Source of the DNA: Octopus sinensis
Taxonomy: Eukaryota
Length of the DNA stretch: 64,000 nt
Reading direction: 5' to 3'
NCBI RefSeq assembly: GCF_006345805.1
Contig: NC_043003.1
Location: 89,590,001 to 89,654,000, forward strand
Part shown: one piece after another, positions 1-11,500 of the stretch
How positions within the stretch are numbered: position 1 is the stretch's first letter
How the letters are laid out: every line of letters begins with the position of its first letter
Position numbers and translations under genes: made by a program
Notes under the pieces: model-generated
Databases searched by the model: none
What the model was told of the DNA's origin: nothing
Seen by the model: the letters and a program-made list of their open reading frames with translations, nothing else

Positions 1-219
1 ACAACATTAGGAAAGTAACTGCATCAAAGAGATAGAACTCCCCTTTCGTATGTAATCCTTTTCAACACGTAGCCAAATTACATACCCAATTTCGATAGTG
101 AGATATTCTAGATAGTATCAACAAAATATTTAATAGTATTCTAGAAGAAAATGGTTCTTGTTAAAGTACGACTATGAAACCCTGTTATTGTCCTCTATCT
201 ATTAGGAGTTACCTAGATA

Positions 220-1489
220 CGAGGGTCGGTTGAAAAGTTCATAGATTTACCAAGATACTCTCATGGAATGTCACTAAATAAGGTTTATTTTCCAACATAG
301 TCCCCCTTGCGGTCCACACACTTTTCATCGGTGTTGCAGTGCTTGGATCCCATTGGTGAAGCTTTCATATTGTTGGTCAAAAGGGCCATTAACAGCAGAT
401 ATAACGTGATCACTGCAATATTGGTACCCAATGAAGTGGGATTTTTTTTTCATGTTGGGGAAGTGATGATAGTCAGATGAAGACAAATCAGGAGAATAGG
501 GAGGTTGATCAACCAATCCAAGGCCACAGTCATACACAGCGGTAATTTAGATCAAAGACTGTTCCAGTGAATTCTGATAGTCATTGCAACAATCGAAACC
601 AAGGACTTGTGTGCTGGAGTATTGTCCCATGAAACAAAACCCCTTTCGTCAGTTCTGAACATTTGGTCTTGATAGCCTTTCCTAACTCCCTTAACAAATT
701 GACATAGTATTCTCCATTGATGGTGATGCCTTTTTGAAGAGAGTCAATAAACACAATGCCCTCTGAATCCCCCAAACACCTTCCCTGCAGATGAAACGAG
801 CTTGGCCTTCTTTGGAGCAAGTGAAGTGGGGCGTTTCCACTGTATGGATTGTCTCTTTGTCTCTGGCTCAAAGGGATGAAGCCAACACTCATCCTGACTA
901 AGGAAACGTTCAAGGAAGCCAGCTGAATCTGCCTCAAACTATGTCCCTTGATGTGATCAACCTGGTGTGCTTTTAATCAGGTATCAGAAGACATGGCATC
1001 CACCAAGCATAAATCTTTGTCATGCTAAGTTCATTGTGCAGAATATTCTCAGCTCTCACACAGGGTATGCTAATAGCATTGGCTATTTGATTTATAGCCA
1101 AGCATCTGTCATCCATCACCATGTGGTGAACACGATCAATATTATCCTCTGCTGTGGCAGTTTCAGGATGTCCAAACTTTGGGTAATTTTCAAGGCTCTA
1201 CCTTTCCCTCCTAAACTGCCCACATTTGCACTGTTCATAAACTTGGAGCATCATCCCCTAATATAGCAACCATGTCAGCATTCCCTTTTTCTGCAGATAC
1301 TTGAAAACATGATGCCAAATTTTTCCTATTTTAAAGAGAAGTTTGTACTAGTTAATTTTTAAGTTTTCTTTAAACAGTGAGATATCAGTTTACCCGGGAA
1401 GAAACAATGCAATTATTAAAAAAAGGTGTTGAAGATTTCACAGCTCTAGTATCACTCCATCATAGACTATGAATTTTTCAGCCCACTCG
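220..1489 (-). mobile_element. Mariner-type DNA transposon, decayed full-length copy
   Basis: TA|CGAGGGTCGGTTGAAAAGTTCATAG at the left end and an imperfect inverse (CTATGAATTTTTCAGCCCACTCG) at the right. Minus-strand transposase fragments include QPPYSPDLSSSDYHHF and GITINGEYYVNLL, with frameshifts and stops. Confidence 0.85.
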
Positions 1490-1519
1490 CATGTACGCAT
1501 CCATGTGTATATGTACGTA

Positions 1520-2470
1520 TATCATTATTCAGTTTATTTCAAGATTTCTCTCCAATAGAGAAAGAACCGGTTTCTAACCTAGATCCAAGGTCCCTTCATT
1601 GGAATTTCAACATCAACAACAGGGTATTTTTGTATGTATGTGCAAATGTGTATGTTTTATTTATGTATTCTCATGCATATAGTTGCATATCTAGACATGC
1701 TCATACATATATTTAAAGGATAAACTTCTGGAAACTTTTACAAACTTTTTACAGTTCCAGTGATGGATTGGATCTGTAGTCTTCGGATTAACTTTCTCCT
1801 TTCTGGTTTTGTGAAGTCTTCTTTCTCAAGATTGGTATTTATGCAGTGTTATATATCCCAGGGCCCCAATAATTACAGGTATAAACCTGAACTTGTTATC
1901 TGGATAGAGTAACTGCAGATTTCTCAATAGTTCAGCATAGGTGTTCTCTTTTTCACTGATCTTCAACTTTATGTTAACATCCGCTGGGCAGCTAATTCCC
2001 ACAAATGTGCACAGTTTCTCTTCTCTATCCCAAATCATTATATCAGGTCTGTTGTGCTTACATTTTATTGAGGTCTTCACTGGTACATTCCACCTGTATT
2101 CCTTTTTATTATGAGTGGCTATGGCTTCTACCATATTATGGGGTTTTATTTCTTTGTCCTTGGGATTTTTCTGCCGGATTTCATTATAGAGTGTCTTAGC
2201 TACAACGTCATGTCTCATCGGTAAATAAACCGTGATGACATTTTCGGATAACTGCTTATGATGTGAGTAATATCTTCAGTGTGAACTCCACAAAGTTTCC
2301 ATCAGTTGTGACATTTTACGGCTTTTCCTGCATCTCTATTCCTTTTGTGCATCAGGTACTTGGTTGATATTTCCTGTTCCTGGATTGCAAACGCATGCCC
2401 CTTCAAAGTGGGAAGTAGTACTCCGGCTATTCGTCCATGATAAACTGCTTTGATGATCGATGTTACCATC
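1520..2470 (-). mobile_element. 3' fragment of an RLE-type (R4/Dong/NeSL-like) non-LTR retrotransposon
   Basis: ORF 1826-2218 has RHD, HNRPDIMIWD, KENTYAEL and IPVIIGALG (restriction-like endonuclease). A degenerate CCHC knuckle (LCGVHTEDITHIISS) and AIQEQEI lie just upstream. Confidence 0.85.
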
Positions 2471-2472
<2 letters not shown>

Positions 2473-2503
<31 letters not shown>

Positions 2504-2559
2504 TGTATGTATGTATGTATGTATGTATGTATGTATGTATGTATGTATGTATGTATGTA

Positions 2560-2590
<31 letters not shown>

Positions 2591-2593
2591 ATG
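2473..2593. repeat. (TATG)n microsatellite
   Basis: Direct reading of the sequence. Confidence 0.95.
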
Positions 2594-2760
2594 CATTTCA
2601 TTGTTCAATTTTATTTCAAAATTTCTTGCCAATAAAGAGCCATTTTCTGACCTAGATTTAAGCTCGTTTATTGGAATTTTATTTAGGCGGGTGCAACTAT
2701 TTTATTCCGTGTCACTCTCCTTCACCTCGTCACACCCATAATTAAATATCATCCATAATT
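2594..2760 (-). mobile_element. Second short 3'-terminal fragment related to the RLE element
   Basis: CATTGTTCAATTTTATTTCAAAATTTCTTGCCAATAAAGAGCCATTTTCTGACCTAGAT resembles 1522-1585. Confidence 0.6.
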
Positions 2761-2877
2761 GGATGATATCATATATATAATAAATGATATGATATTATAT
2801 ATATAATAAAACTACCTTTTATTTTTCAAACAGAATTAAGCTATAAGTCGAAGTGATCTTTGATACACACACACACA

Positions 2878-2924
<47 letters not shown>

Positions 2925-3376
2925 GCACACACACACACACACACACACAGAGTTCTTATCTTATTGAGCCTTGAATAATAAAAGACACCATCTCAATCAC
3001 CACGACTAATATATTTAAATTTAATCCTTTCATATTTACAAGATTCATGAAAATTTCGGTCTCTTGGTGATTGCATTTTAGATATATCTCGAGCATGTAA
3101 TTATTATAATCTAACCCAAAGGAATTAAATGATAAAGCACAAGTCTCAAGATATTTTTAACCAGTGACTCTATATTATTCCCGTGTTTCAAATAATTTGC
3201 ATGTTTCAAATGGAAAAGACATTCAATGTCTACTGGCAAGAAATTCTTCAAATGACTATAGAGAAATAAAAAAAAACAGCAAAATAAAAAGAAGGGTGCT
3301 GCGTCTATAGAAATGGACAGATCCACAAGGAGAAATCTCTCACTCTCTCTCTCTCTCTCTCTCTCACGCACACACA

Positions 3377-3463
3377 CATTTTTGGTGGGAGGAGGCTAGT
3401 CTGGTCTTCAAACCAGGTCTTTCGCGATACCCTTATAGCCAGGAACTTTTCAGCACTCCCTCG
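3377..3463. mobile_element. Mariner terminal fragment
   Basis: Ends in GGAACTTTTCAGCACTCCCTCG, a mariner-like TIR. No partner TIR was seen. Confidence 0.5.
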
Positions 3464-3871
3464 TGTGTGTGTGTGTGTGTAAATGTACATATGTATGTAC
3501 ACACTATATATTTGGTTTTCAGCTTTATTGCTATTATTTTGATTTCTTTGTTAAAGTTCTTTCATCACACATTCCATGACATCTTCAGTAACTCTCTGTC
3601 CCACGTATTTCCTCTTGTTCAGCTTATTTTGCGACAAGCAGAACAAGAGGAGACACTTTGGATAGAAAGAGGTCACAGATTATGCGACGAAAGAGCTTTG
3701 GCAAAGAAACCTAAATAATAATAATAATAAAGCTGAAATGAAGACCAAATATATAGTGCGTGTAGTTAATTGGCAAAATAAAGTATACTCCAAGTATAAC
3801 AATACCTGTTTCAACAGTCGATTTCACATCAAAAATCTTGCAAAATAAATACATACATACGTACGTACGTA

Positions 3872-3988
3872 CGAGGAGTGTATGAAAATTTTGCGCTTTC
3901 AAGGCCTTTGAACCTTCATCAGAAGTCTTGTACCATGTTTTTTTTTTGTTTTTTTTTTTGAGGCTCAAGACTTTTCATACACTCCTCG
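3872..3988. mobile_element. 117-bp mariner-derived MITE
   Basis: TA|CGAGGAGTGTATGAAAA...TTTTCATACACTCCTCG|TA. The internal sequence matches the end of the mariner at 51454. Confidence 0.9.
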
Positions 3989-4475
3989 TACATATGTATG
4001 GGCGTACGTACGTATGTGTGTGTGTGTGTATGTATATATGTATGCATGTATGTATGTGTGAGTGTTTGTGTATATATGTATATATGATGTGTGTGTACAT
4101 ATGTATGAATACATGTACGTGTGAGTGTGTGTGTGTGTGCGTGTGTGCGCGAGTGTTTGTGTATGTGTACGTATGTATGCGTACAAATTCTCTGTTTAGT
4201 GAAAGCTAAATTATTTACGAAATATCTATCGTTTCATCTTAAGAATCGTAAGAAGATAATTCGCAAGATAAAATGTTCGCTCTTTCATCGATGATTTAGC
4301 TTTCAGCTAAAATATAAATTTGTATTTTATACTCTGCATATTTTATATATCAGACTTCGTTGTTATAAGCCGATATTGAGTTTTTCTTTTTTCAAGTCAA
4401 TAGTTTTTTGTATCAGTGAACGCACTTTCATATTTTTGCGTATTTTGGAGTTCGGTTTTTCTCTTTGATATTGTA

Positions 4476-5785
4476 CTGGGTTGTCAGATAACTTCGTTCG
4501 TTTCCTTCCAATTTGAAATAGCAGAAAAAAATACTTTTATCGTAGTGTTTCGTTTTTTTTTTTTTTTAGCTTAATTCCTCGTCTTCGACTTTTGCTTATC
4601 GTTTTAGAATTTGAATAAATTTGACCTCTTTTCAGACATATGACGATGGAATGCCAAGTAGGAAAAAAATGAACATTTCTGACATCTACTTGTTTTCGCT
4701 TTCAACTAAGTTTTCAAAGTTTCCAAAGCTGCTGTGACATATGTATACAGACAAGACACTATTGCTGAATGGACATCACAAAAATGTTTTTTTACGCTTG
4801 ATGGAGGAGGAACTTACACATCGCATGAAGGTGACAGGCGACATTATCATGAGAACATCCCACCTGTTGGACCAATTCCCCAGTGGATTGGTTTAAATCA
4901 GTCGATCCTCATTGAATTGAATATGCGGTCTGGAGTTTTTCACACTCCAGACCGCATATTCAATTCAATGAGGATCGACTGAACGAGCTCATCCACCAAG
5001 ATTTAAACCAATCCACTGGGGAATTGGTCCAACAGGTGGGATGTTCTCATAATAATGTCGCCTGTCACCTTCATGCGATGTGTAAGGTCCAAAAATCTCG
5101 GTTTAAGGGTGCAACACATTCTGAAGGAAAGCGACATACTCGAACGCTCCTCTATCGCCGCCAGTTTGATGATGGAAAAGTATGCCTTCACATGAATATG
5201 ATGCGGCCGAAAGAATGGCTGAGTCCCGACAAGCAAGCAACACCACAAGCCAAGCCGGATCTGCATCTGTTCAAGAAAATGATCCGCGTTTGGTGGGATT
5301 GGGAACGGTTAATCCACAATGAAATGCTCGAAAACAACCATACAGTCAATGCAGAGCTTTACGTTCAGCAAATGCACTGGTTCAATGAAGTAGTCGAACT
5401 GAAACGACCTGACCGCTGACACGACAATGCCCGTCACTAATTTAACCAAAAATGTTATTTAAGAGCTCGGTTGGGAAGTTCTACCACACCCACCGTATTC
5501 TCCTGATACAACGCCTTCGGATTGTCACCTTTTTTCGATTGCTCTCCAAGCAGTCTATGAGGTGTTTCTTTCAACAACGACAAGGAGATGAAATTGTAGA
5601 ATTCTTGGAGTCAAAACCGGGTGATTTCTATTCTCAAGGCATTGACAAGCTAGTAGAACGTTGGAAAGAAGTTGTGAACAATGAAGGAAAATATATTATT
5701 GACTGAATTCTGAAAATTGTTGATGAAAACCAAGAATTAAAATGAATGAGGTGGGGAAGACAAACGAATTTATTTGACAACCTAT
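4476..5785 (+). mobile_element. Mariner-type transposon, decayed, with an internal fold-back duplication
   Basis: Imperfect TIRs CTGGGTTGTCAGATAACTTCGTT / AACGAATTTATTTGACAACCTAT. Transposase fragments KKMIRVWWDWE, NAELYVQQM, HPPYSPD and GIDKLVERWKEVVNNEGKYIID. Confidence 0.85.
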
Positions 5786-5799
5786 CACCAAAAACGTGG

Positions 5800-6155
5800 T
5801 ACGCAATATCACCGAATGGTTAAGAAGTTCGCTTCACAACCACAAGGTCCCAGGTTCGATTTTACTGCGTGGTTTCTTGGGCTAATGTAATTCTTTTAAC
5901 CTCAACTACCCCATACCTTACAAATGAAATTGAGTGGAAATAAACTGCTTAGAAGAAGCTCGTCGGGTGAATTGTACCTGTAATTCAAAAAGGAGTCTTA
6001 TGACAGTTGTGTCACTCTGACTCAGACTGAGAATTACGTTAAAGGTACACTTGTCTGCGGAATACTTCGCCACTTATGCGTTAATCCAGGAACAAGTAAT
6101 TCAGATGATTGAACAACTGAATCCTAATCCCTGAATAACGGAGATTTGCCACCAT
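5800..6155 (+). mobile_element. Diverged tRNA-headed SINE
   Basis: TGGTTAAGAAGTTCGCTTCACAACCAC...GGTTCGATT (A/B-box-like head). The body is related to 57885-58045. Confidence 0.55.
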
Positions 6156-6236
6156 CACTAAACATACTACTGTGCATTTGTTTTCACTTTTATATCGTGT
6201 GTATACACATTTAATATCTTTCTGTCTCTATATATA

Positions 6237-6361
6237 CATACACACACACACACACCACACACACACACACACACACATACATACATACATACATACATAC
6301 ATACATACATACATACATACATACATACATACATACATACATACATACATACATACATACA

Positions 6362-6397
<36 letters not shown>

Positions 6398-6402
6398 TAT
6401 AT
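6237..6402. repeat. (CA)n/(CATA)n/(TA)n compound microsatellite
   Basis: Direct reading of the sequence. Confidence 0.95.
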
Positions 6403-6468
6403 AATATTTATGTATTATGTATGTGTATATGTCACTGTATATATATTGTGCGCTTCATACAGCATTAA

Positions 6469-7076
6469 GTGTTTGAACCGTTAACTCAGGAGGTGAAGCA
6501 AACAGCAAATAGATCAATTAAAGATCAAATGGAGGAGGAAACTGAAGAGTGGAAGAAAAGGGTGGAGGAACGTCTGAAAGCTTGTAAAATAGGAAGAAGA
6601 CCTAATGGAAGGAACTTTAGAGCAGTGATGTATTATCTAAAAGACAAAGAAATCGAAAAAAGACTAGCCATAATGAAATGGCTAATAAGAGTGAAATTAT
6701 ATCCCGGAATGTATGGCAATGAAATAAAAGCAGTATTGTTGGAGCAAGAAACAGTGAATAGATTAACAGATTTATTCCCGAGCACTATTGTGTGTATCAG
6801 TTCCTATGTACGTTACGACAGTTTGCCCAGCGTAATGGAGCAGGAGCAACTGCTAGAGCACAAAACGGACGAATACCCCTTAGATAAGTATTAATTGTAT
6901 TTATAAACAGTATTCATAAACAGTAAAATGAAACTGCGAGCTTTGGGGGACTCGTAAGCCATTCCATTATATACATATGCAACAATTTCATTTCATAATC
7001 ATCTTCGCTATATGTACCCCAGTTTTGTTTCGTTGTGTCCCCTCTCTATTCAGGCTATATGTCATAATAAAGAAAG
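6469..7076 (+). mobile_element. Possible deleted Tx1/L1 derivative (ORF1-like piece plus 3' end)
   Basis: The 141-aa ORF loosely resembles the ORF1 at 12705-13256. The end GTGTCCCCTCTCTATTC...AATAAAGAAA resembles the 3' end of the Tx1 element at 8572-8615. Confidence 0.35.
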
Positions 7077-8189
7077 GGTTTGAACCCTTATTTCTTGCAA
7101 TATAGTGGATTAACCGTTCCCAATCCCACCAAACGCAGATCATTCTCTTGTACTGATGCAGATCCGGCTTGGCTTGTGGTGTTCATTAAAACAAGTGAAA
7201 TATAAAAGTTAGCTAGATAGATACGTTTAAATCCGTGTTCGTCTTTTGCATGTGTGTGTTCAGTTGCTTAATGATTGTCAGGAGAAACTTTTCTCAAAAG
7301 AATAAATAACATCAGAGTGAAAACAACAAACAAAGCTGATATCTCGAGTTTCATTTTGACATTTGATCCAAAAAGATCTTTTTACGAGCTGACAACTACG
7401 CTCTGTTAATTTTAAGTAATGATTATAATGTTTAGACAAGCAACATCTTTCTTTAACAATTAACTAACTCCAGTTTTGATGACATCTCCAGACAGCACCT
7501 CCTCTTTGCATTGTTAAAATGCCAGGTTTTCGAAACTCTTTTCTCAAGCCTTGTACATTCATTACCAAAAACACCACGAAATGAATCTAAATCTATTATA
7601 CTTCTGACATGGACTATATTTGGAATGCGTCCACTTTCTTGTTGTTAAGGGTCGTTTTAGTAAAAGTTTCTTTTTGACTTCATTAAAAAACGATCAGGAA
7701 GTATGTGTTGACTCTTTTAGCCTTTCAACATTATCTTAATAGCATCCAGCCCGTCTGTCAGTTTGCGAGTTTGGTTGTTTTTCTATTTGTCATTTTTGTG
7801 TCTTTTACTCTTTCTCTTTTATTCTCTTCCTGTTCGAATGCTTATGACTACACACATATGCATAAACATACACACATTTCATTGTTTATTTCTAAACTCT
7901 CCCTAAGTAATGAAAAGGCAACAAGAGATCTATCCAGTTTATACAAAATTCAATCATCGTCTGCGGAACAATCTCAGTTGTTCCACATTGACTAACTACG
8001 GGGTATATTTTGAAGAGCTCTTAAATGGAGTCAATGGCAGATTGACTTGTTCACTCCATACTATGTAGATATGGTTACATGTTTTAAACATACTGACATT
8101 TGTGTTTTCAACCGTGCTGCCACTCCTAGAATTATTTAGTGAGAACCTGTATGCAGTCTGTAAAAGTTTTTAATATTTATTTCAATGGT

Positions 8190-8412
8190 GGATTAACAGA
8201 ATCATTCGAGTATATGCCTTGCGGTATTTAGTTACGCCTCTTTGTTTTAGAGTTCAAATCCAGAAGTTGACTTTTCCTTTCATTTTTCCGGGATTGATAA
8301 AATAAAGTATAACACCCTTCCGAGAACCATAAAATAAAGTATCAGCTCCTTCCGGGGGTCGATAAAAATAAAGTACTACTTTATTTCAGGGTTGATAAAG
8401 TGAAGTACGTAG
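8190..8412 (+). mobile_element. SINE fragment of the family arrayed at 58190-59180, with a locally reiterated core
   Basis: GAGTTCAAATCC...GTTGACTTTTCCTTTCAT followed by several GATAAAATAAAGTA copies. Confidence 0.6.
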
Positions 8413-8570
8413 CCCATTGTATCGTTCCTTCACCCGCTCAATTGTCCCAATACTGTAGTTCAATTCATTAGCAATGACCCATGGACGTTGACCAGAATGG
8501 AGACGTCCGATGGCTTGCTCTCTCTGGTTTCGTGTCAGTCTTGAAATGCTTGCTCTGTTCGGGAAACGAA
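8413..8570 (-). mobile_element. Tc1-like transposase N-terminal HTH fragment
   Basis: SRLTRNQREQAIGRLHSGQRPWVIANELNYSIGTIERVKERY. Confidence 0.6.
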
Positions 8571-8571
8571 T

Positions 8572-11500
8572 GATTTCTTTATTGCCCACGGAGGGCCAAA
8601 CAGAGGGGGACAATACAAATACACAGTGGGGTCGCGAATGATTGTTACATTAAAATGACGATATTATAAAAATTAATGACATAAAACGGATGAAAACACA
8701 AAACAATGGGACAGTACAATGGAGTGGGAGCCGGGTATAGTTTCGATCGCGCAAGGTGGAACAATCTTAATGATTAACTCGGAGGACAGTTGTACTCCTC
8801 CTAGACATGACAGCGGCTGTTCGACGTAAACCCAGTTCTGATATTCTCGGGCACTGCACATTCGCGTGCAGAACGGTTTCGTCGTTCTGCTCGCACCTTG
8901 GGCATGTGGGCAGGCAAGAAGCACCATGCCTTGCGAGTTTATCTCGAACTGGGAAAGCCCCTCGGTAACATTGCCAGGCCACAGACTTTTGGAAATTATC
9001 CAAAGGCCCCGGCCCGAATGTCCTGCGGAACAGGCTGGCGAGTTGAGTATCGTCGAAGCCCAGTGTCTCAACCAGGACGTCGTTGTACTTACCCTCTACC
9101 AACCCTCTATAAAAGAACGAGGCATTACCCGTGTGAGAGAGGAGCACAAGAGTCTGACGGCACTCGGCTTGCCATTCTCCCAACCTTCATTTTCGCTTGA
9201 TCCACGGTATCAACTCACCGAAACTAGTAAACCTGAGAAGCATCAGTTTAACGAATAGAGATCATACCTGTTCACCATCCACGTGGAGCTACAGATGCCT
9301 CAGCCTCAGCGCATGTCCGTGCATCCTAGCCCTCCCTTTAGTGGGTGTTAGCAGCAGATAGAGCGCTTTACAAGCGGACCTTTACCCTTCCACAAAAAGC
9401 GAAAGAGCAAGCGCTCCAGCTTGCTTAGCCACAAAGCGGGGTAAGGCACAACGGTTAGGCGGTAGGTGATCACAGATGCGATAAACACATTTGCAACCTC
9501 CGTCCTCCCTTTCAGGGATAGCTACCGCTCGGACCAAGTTCGCGTTAGGAGGGTCACCCTGCTCGCCACCTCGCTCCAATTCTTCTCTATCTAGAGGTCC
9601 GGTCCAAACCAGACCCCTAGCATTTTAACCGGTCCCACCGTCCAACGTCCGACAACGCTGTTGGATGGCATCGATTTGTCCCTCCAGGTGCCGAGTTGCA
9701 AGCCGACTGATTTATCCCAGTTAATTTTTGCTCCTGCCGCCGCCTCGTAATCCTAAATGGTCGCACATACCTTTTGTAGGTGGTCCACCTTTGATACGAT
9801 GATGGTGACGTCGTCCGCATACGCCAAAACCGACTTTCTGCACCCTAGATCATGTGTGATGCCCCTCATCTCCCCCAATTTCCACAGCAAGGATCAAGAG
9901 CCAACACATACAGAAGTGGAGAGAGGGGACACCCTTGACGTACCCAGCGCTTGATTGAGAACTGTTTCTTCTCGAAACCGTTCACCCGAACGATCGAATC
10001 GATGTTGCCATAAAGATCAATGATCCAGCTGAGAAAGGTCGGGCCCAACCCGACCCCTGCAAGGGCCGACACCAAATACCGATGGTCAACCCTATCGAAA
10101 GCCTAAATGGACCAAAGCTCCACCCTTGCCAGGAATTCTGTTAACCCTCTCTATGGTATAGATTATAAAGTGGATATTGTCGTGTATGGGTCTGCCCGGA
10201 ATGGCACACGTTTGTGCCTCCCCGACAATTCCACCTACGACACGCGCCAACCTTTTTTCTAATACCTTGGTCAAAATCTTCAGCTCTGCGTTAAGCAGAG
10301 TGATGGGCCGAAAATTGTCTATAAAGTCCCCCTTGTCTATAAAGTCCTTTCTAAGCAGTGTCACCACTCCCCGACTCACAGATCTGAGGATGAACCCATT
10401 CTGTTGCCAGTTCGTAGAAACATGCCAGTAGGTGCCCGAACAAGTCTGGCATACTATAACTCTTAGGAAAGACCATCTAGCCCCGCCGACTTGTCCGCGC
10501 TGCAGTCTGCAAAAGCCTCCTCCACCTCCGCAGCTGTGACTGAGCAGATCTATGAAGTGCAGGTTTCCCCTCTTATCCGAATTCAAGCCAACACTATCTA
10601 TCCGTACAGATATTGTTAAGGTCGCTTAACCGGACTAAAGTGTGTGACGTGTCTAGAAATTTCTCGAGGCCTCTAAAAAACTCAGACTGTCCAGCACCAT
10701 TGGGTGCATAGACAGCTACCAACCTGAAAGTCTTACCACTGCTGGGCTTCACATCAAGGACGACCAACCTGCCCTCCAGGTTAGCAAAGATTGTTCTAGT
10801 CTCAAGATCCAGATTTTTCCTGAGCAGAACTGCAACACTCGCCTCTCCTCCAGGTGGGCATGGAGAAATAATTTTCTCGTAGCCGGTTGGGAGGGGGAAA
10901 AGTCTCGCACACTACTCAGTTTGATCTCTGTGGATACTATTACATCCGAATTATGCAATATGAGGTCGTTCAGGAAACATCCCTGCTTCCTGGTCGACCT
11001 CAAGCTGCAAACATTTATACATCCTATGTTGAAAGAAGCCATAAAAGTAAAGGCTTACTTTGTTGATGGGATAAAAAATTCCCATCTTAATCTTCTGCTC
11101 CGGGGTTCACGGGGTTGTCTTGGACAAGGCCCTCAAAGATTTGTGGCAGAAAATCCAATCTTGGAGGGCCTGTGTCGAGTTTGAACTCACTTCAGAGTAT
11201 GTTGATATTATTTATGTCAATTTTTAAATTGTCAATGTCTTTCGGTGTGTTAAATTGTTATTTTTTCTTTTTCTTTTTATTTTAGCCGTTGGGATATTAA
11301 ACGCTCATTTTTTGCATTTACAGCTAGAAGTTGGACTGAATGGTTAAAAATGATATCCGTTTGGGGGTCTGAATTATTTTTCTCTGTGCTTTTTTCGATG
11401 TCGGACTCGATGGTGCAGGTTGACAATTTTATCTCTCTTTTTTCTTCATTTGTTGTTGCCATTCTTCTGTATTTTCTGACACTTCTCCTTCCGTTTCTTC

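Noticed and set aside
6788-6860. Faint resemblance to U2 snRNA
   Set aside because: Only a few short word matches. The branch-pairing and Sm motifs are not intact.
8624-8660. CAGTGGGG as a Tc1 TIR
   Set aside because: It lies inside the 3' UTR of the Tx1 element, and no partner TIR was found.
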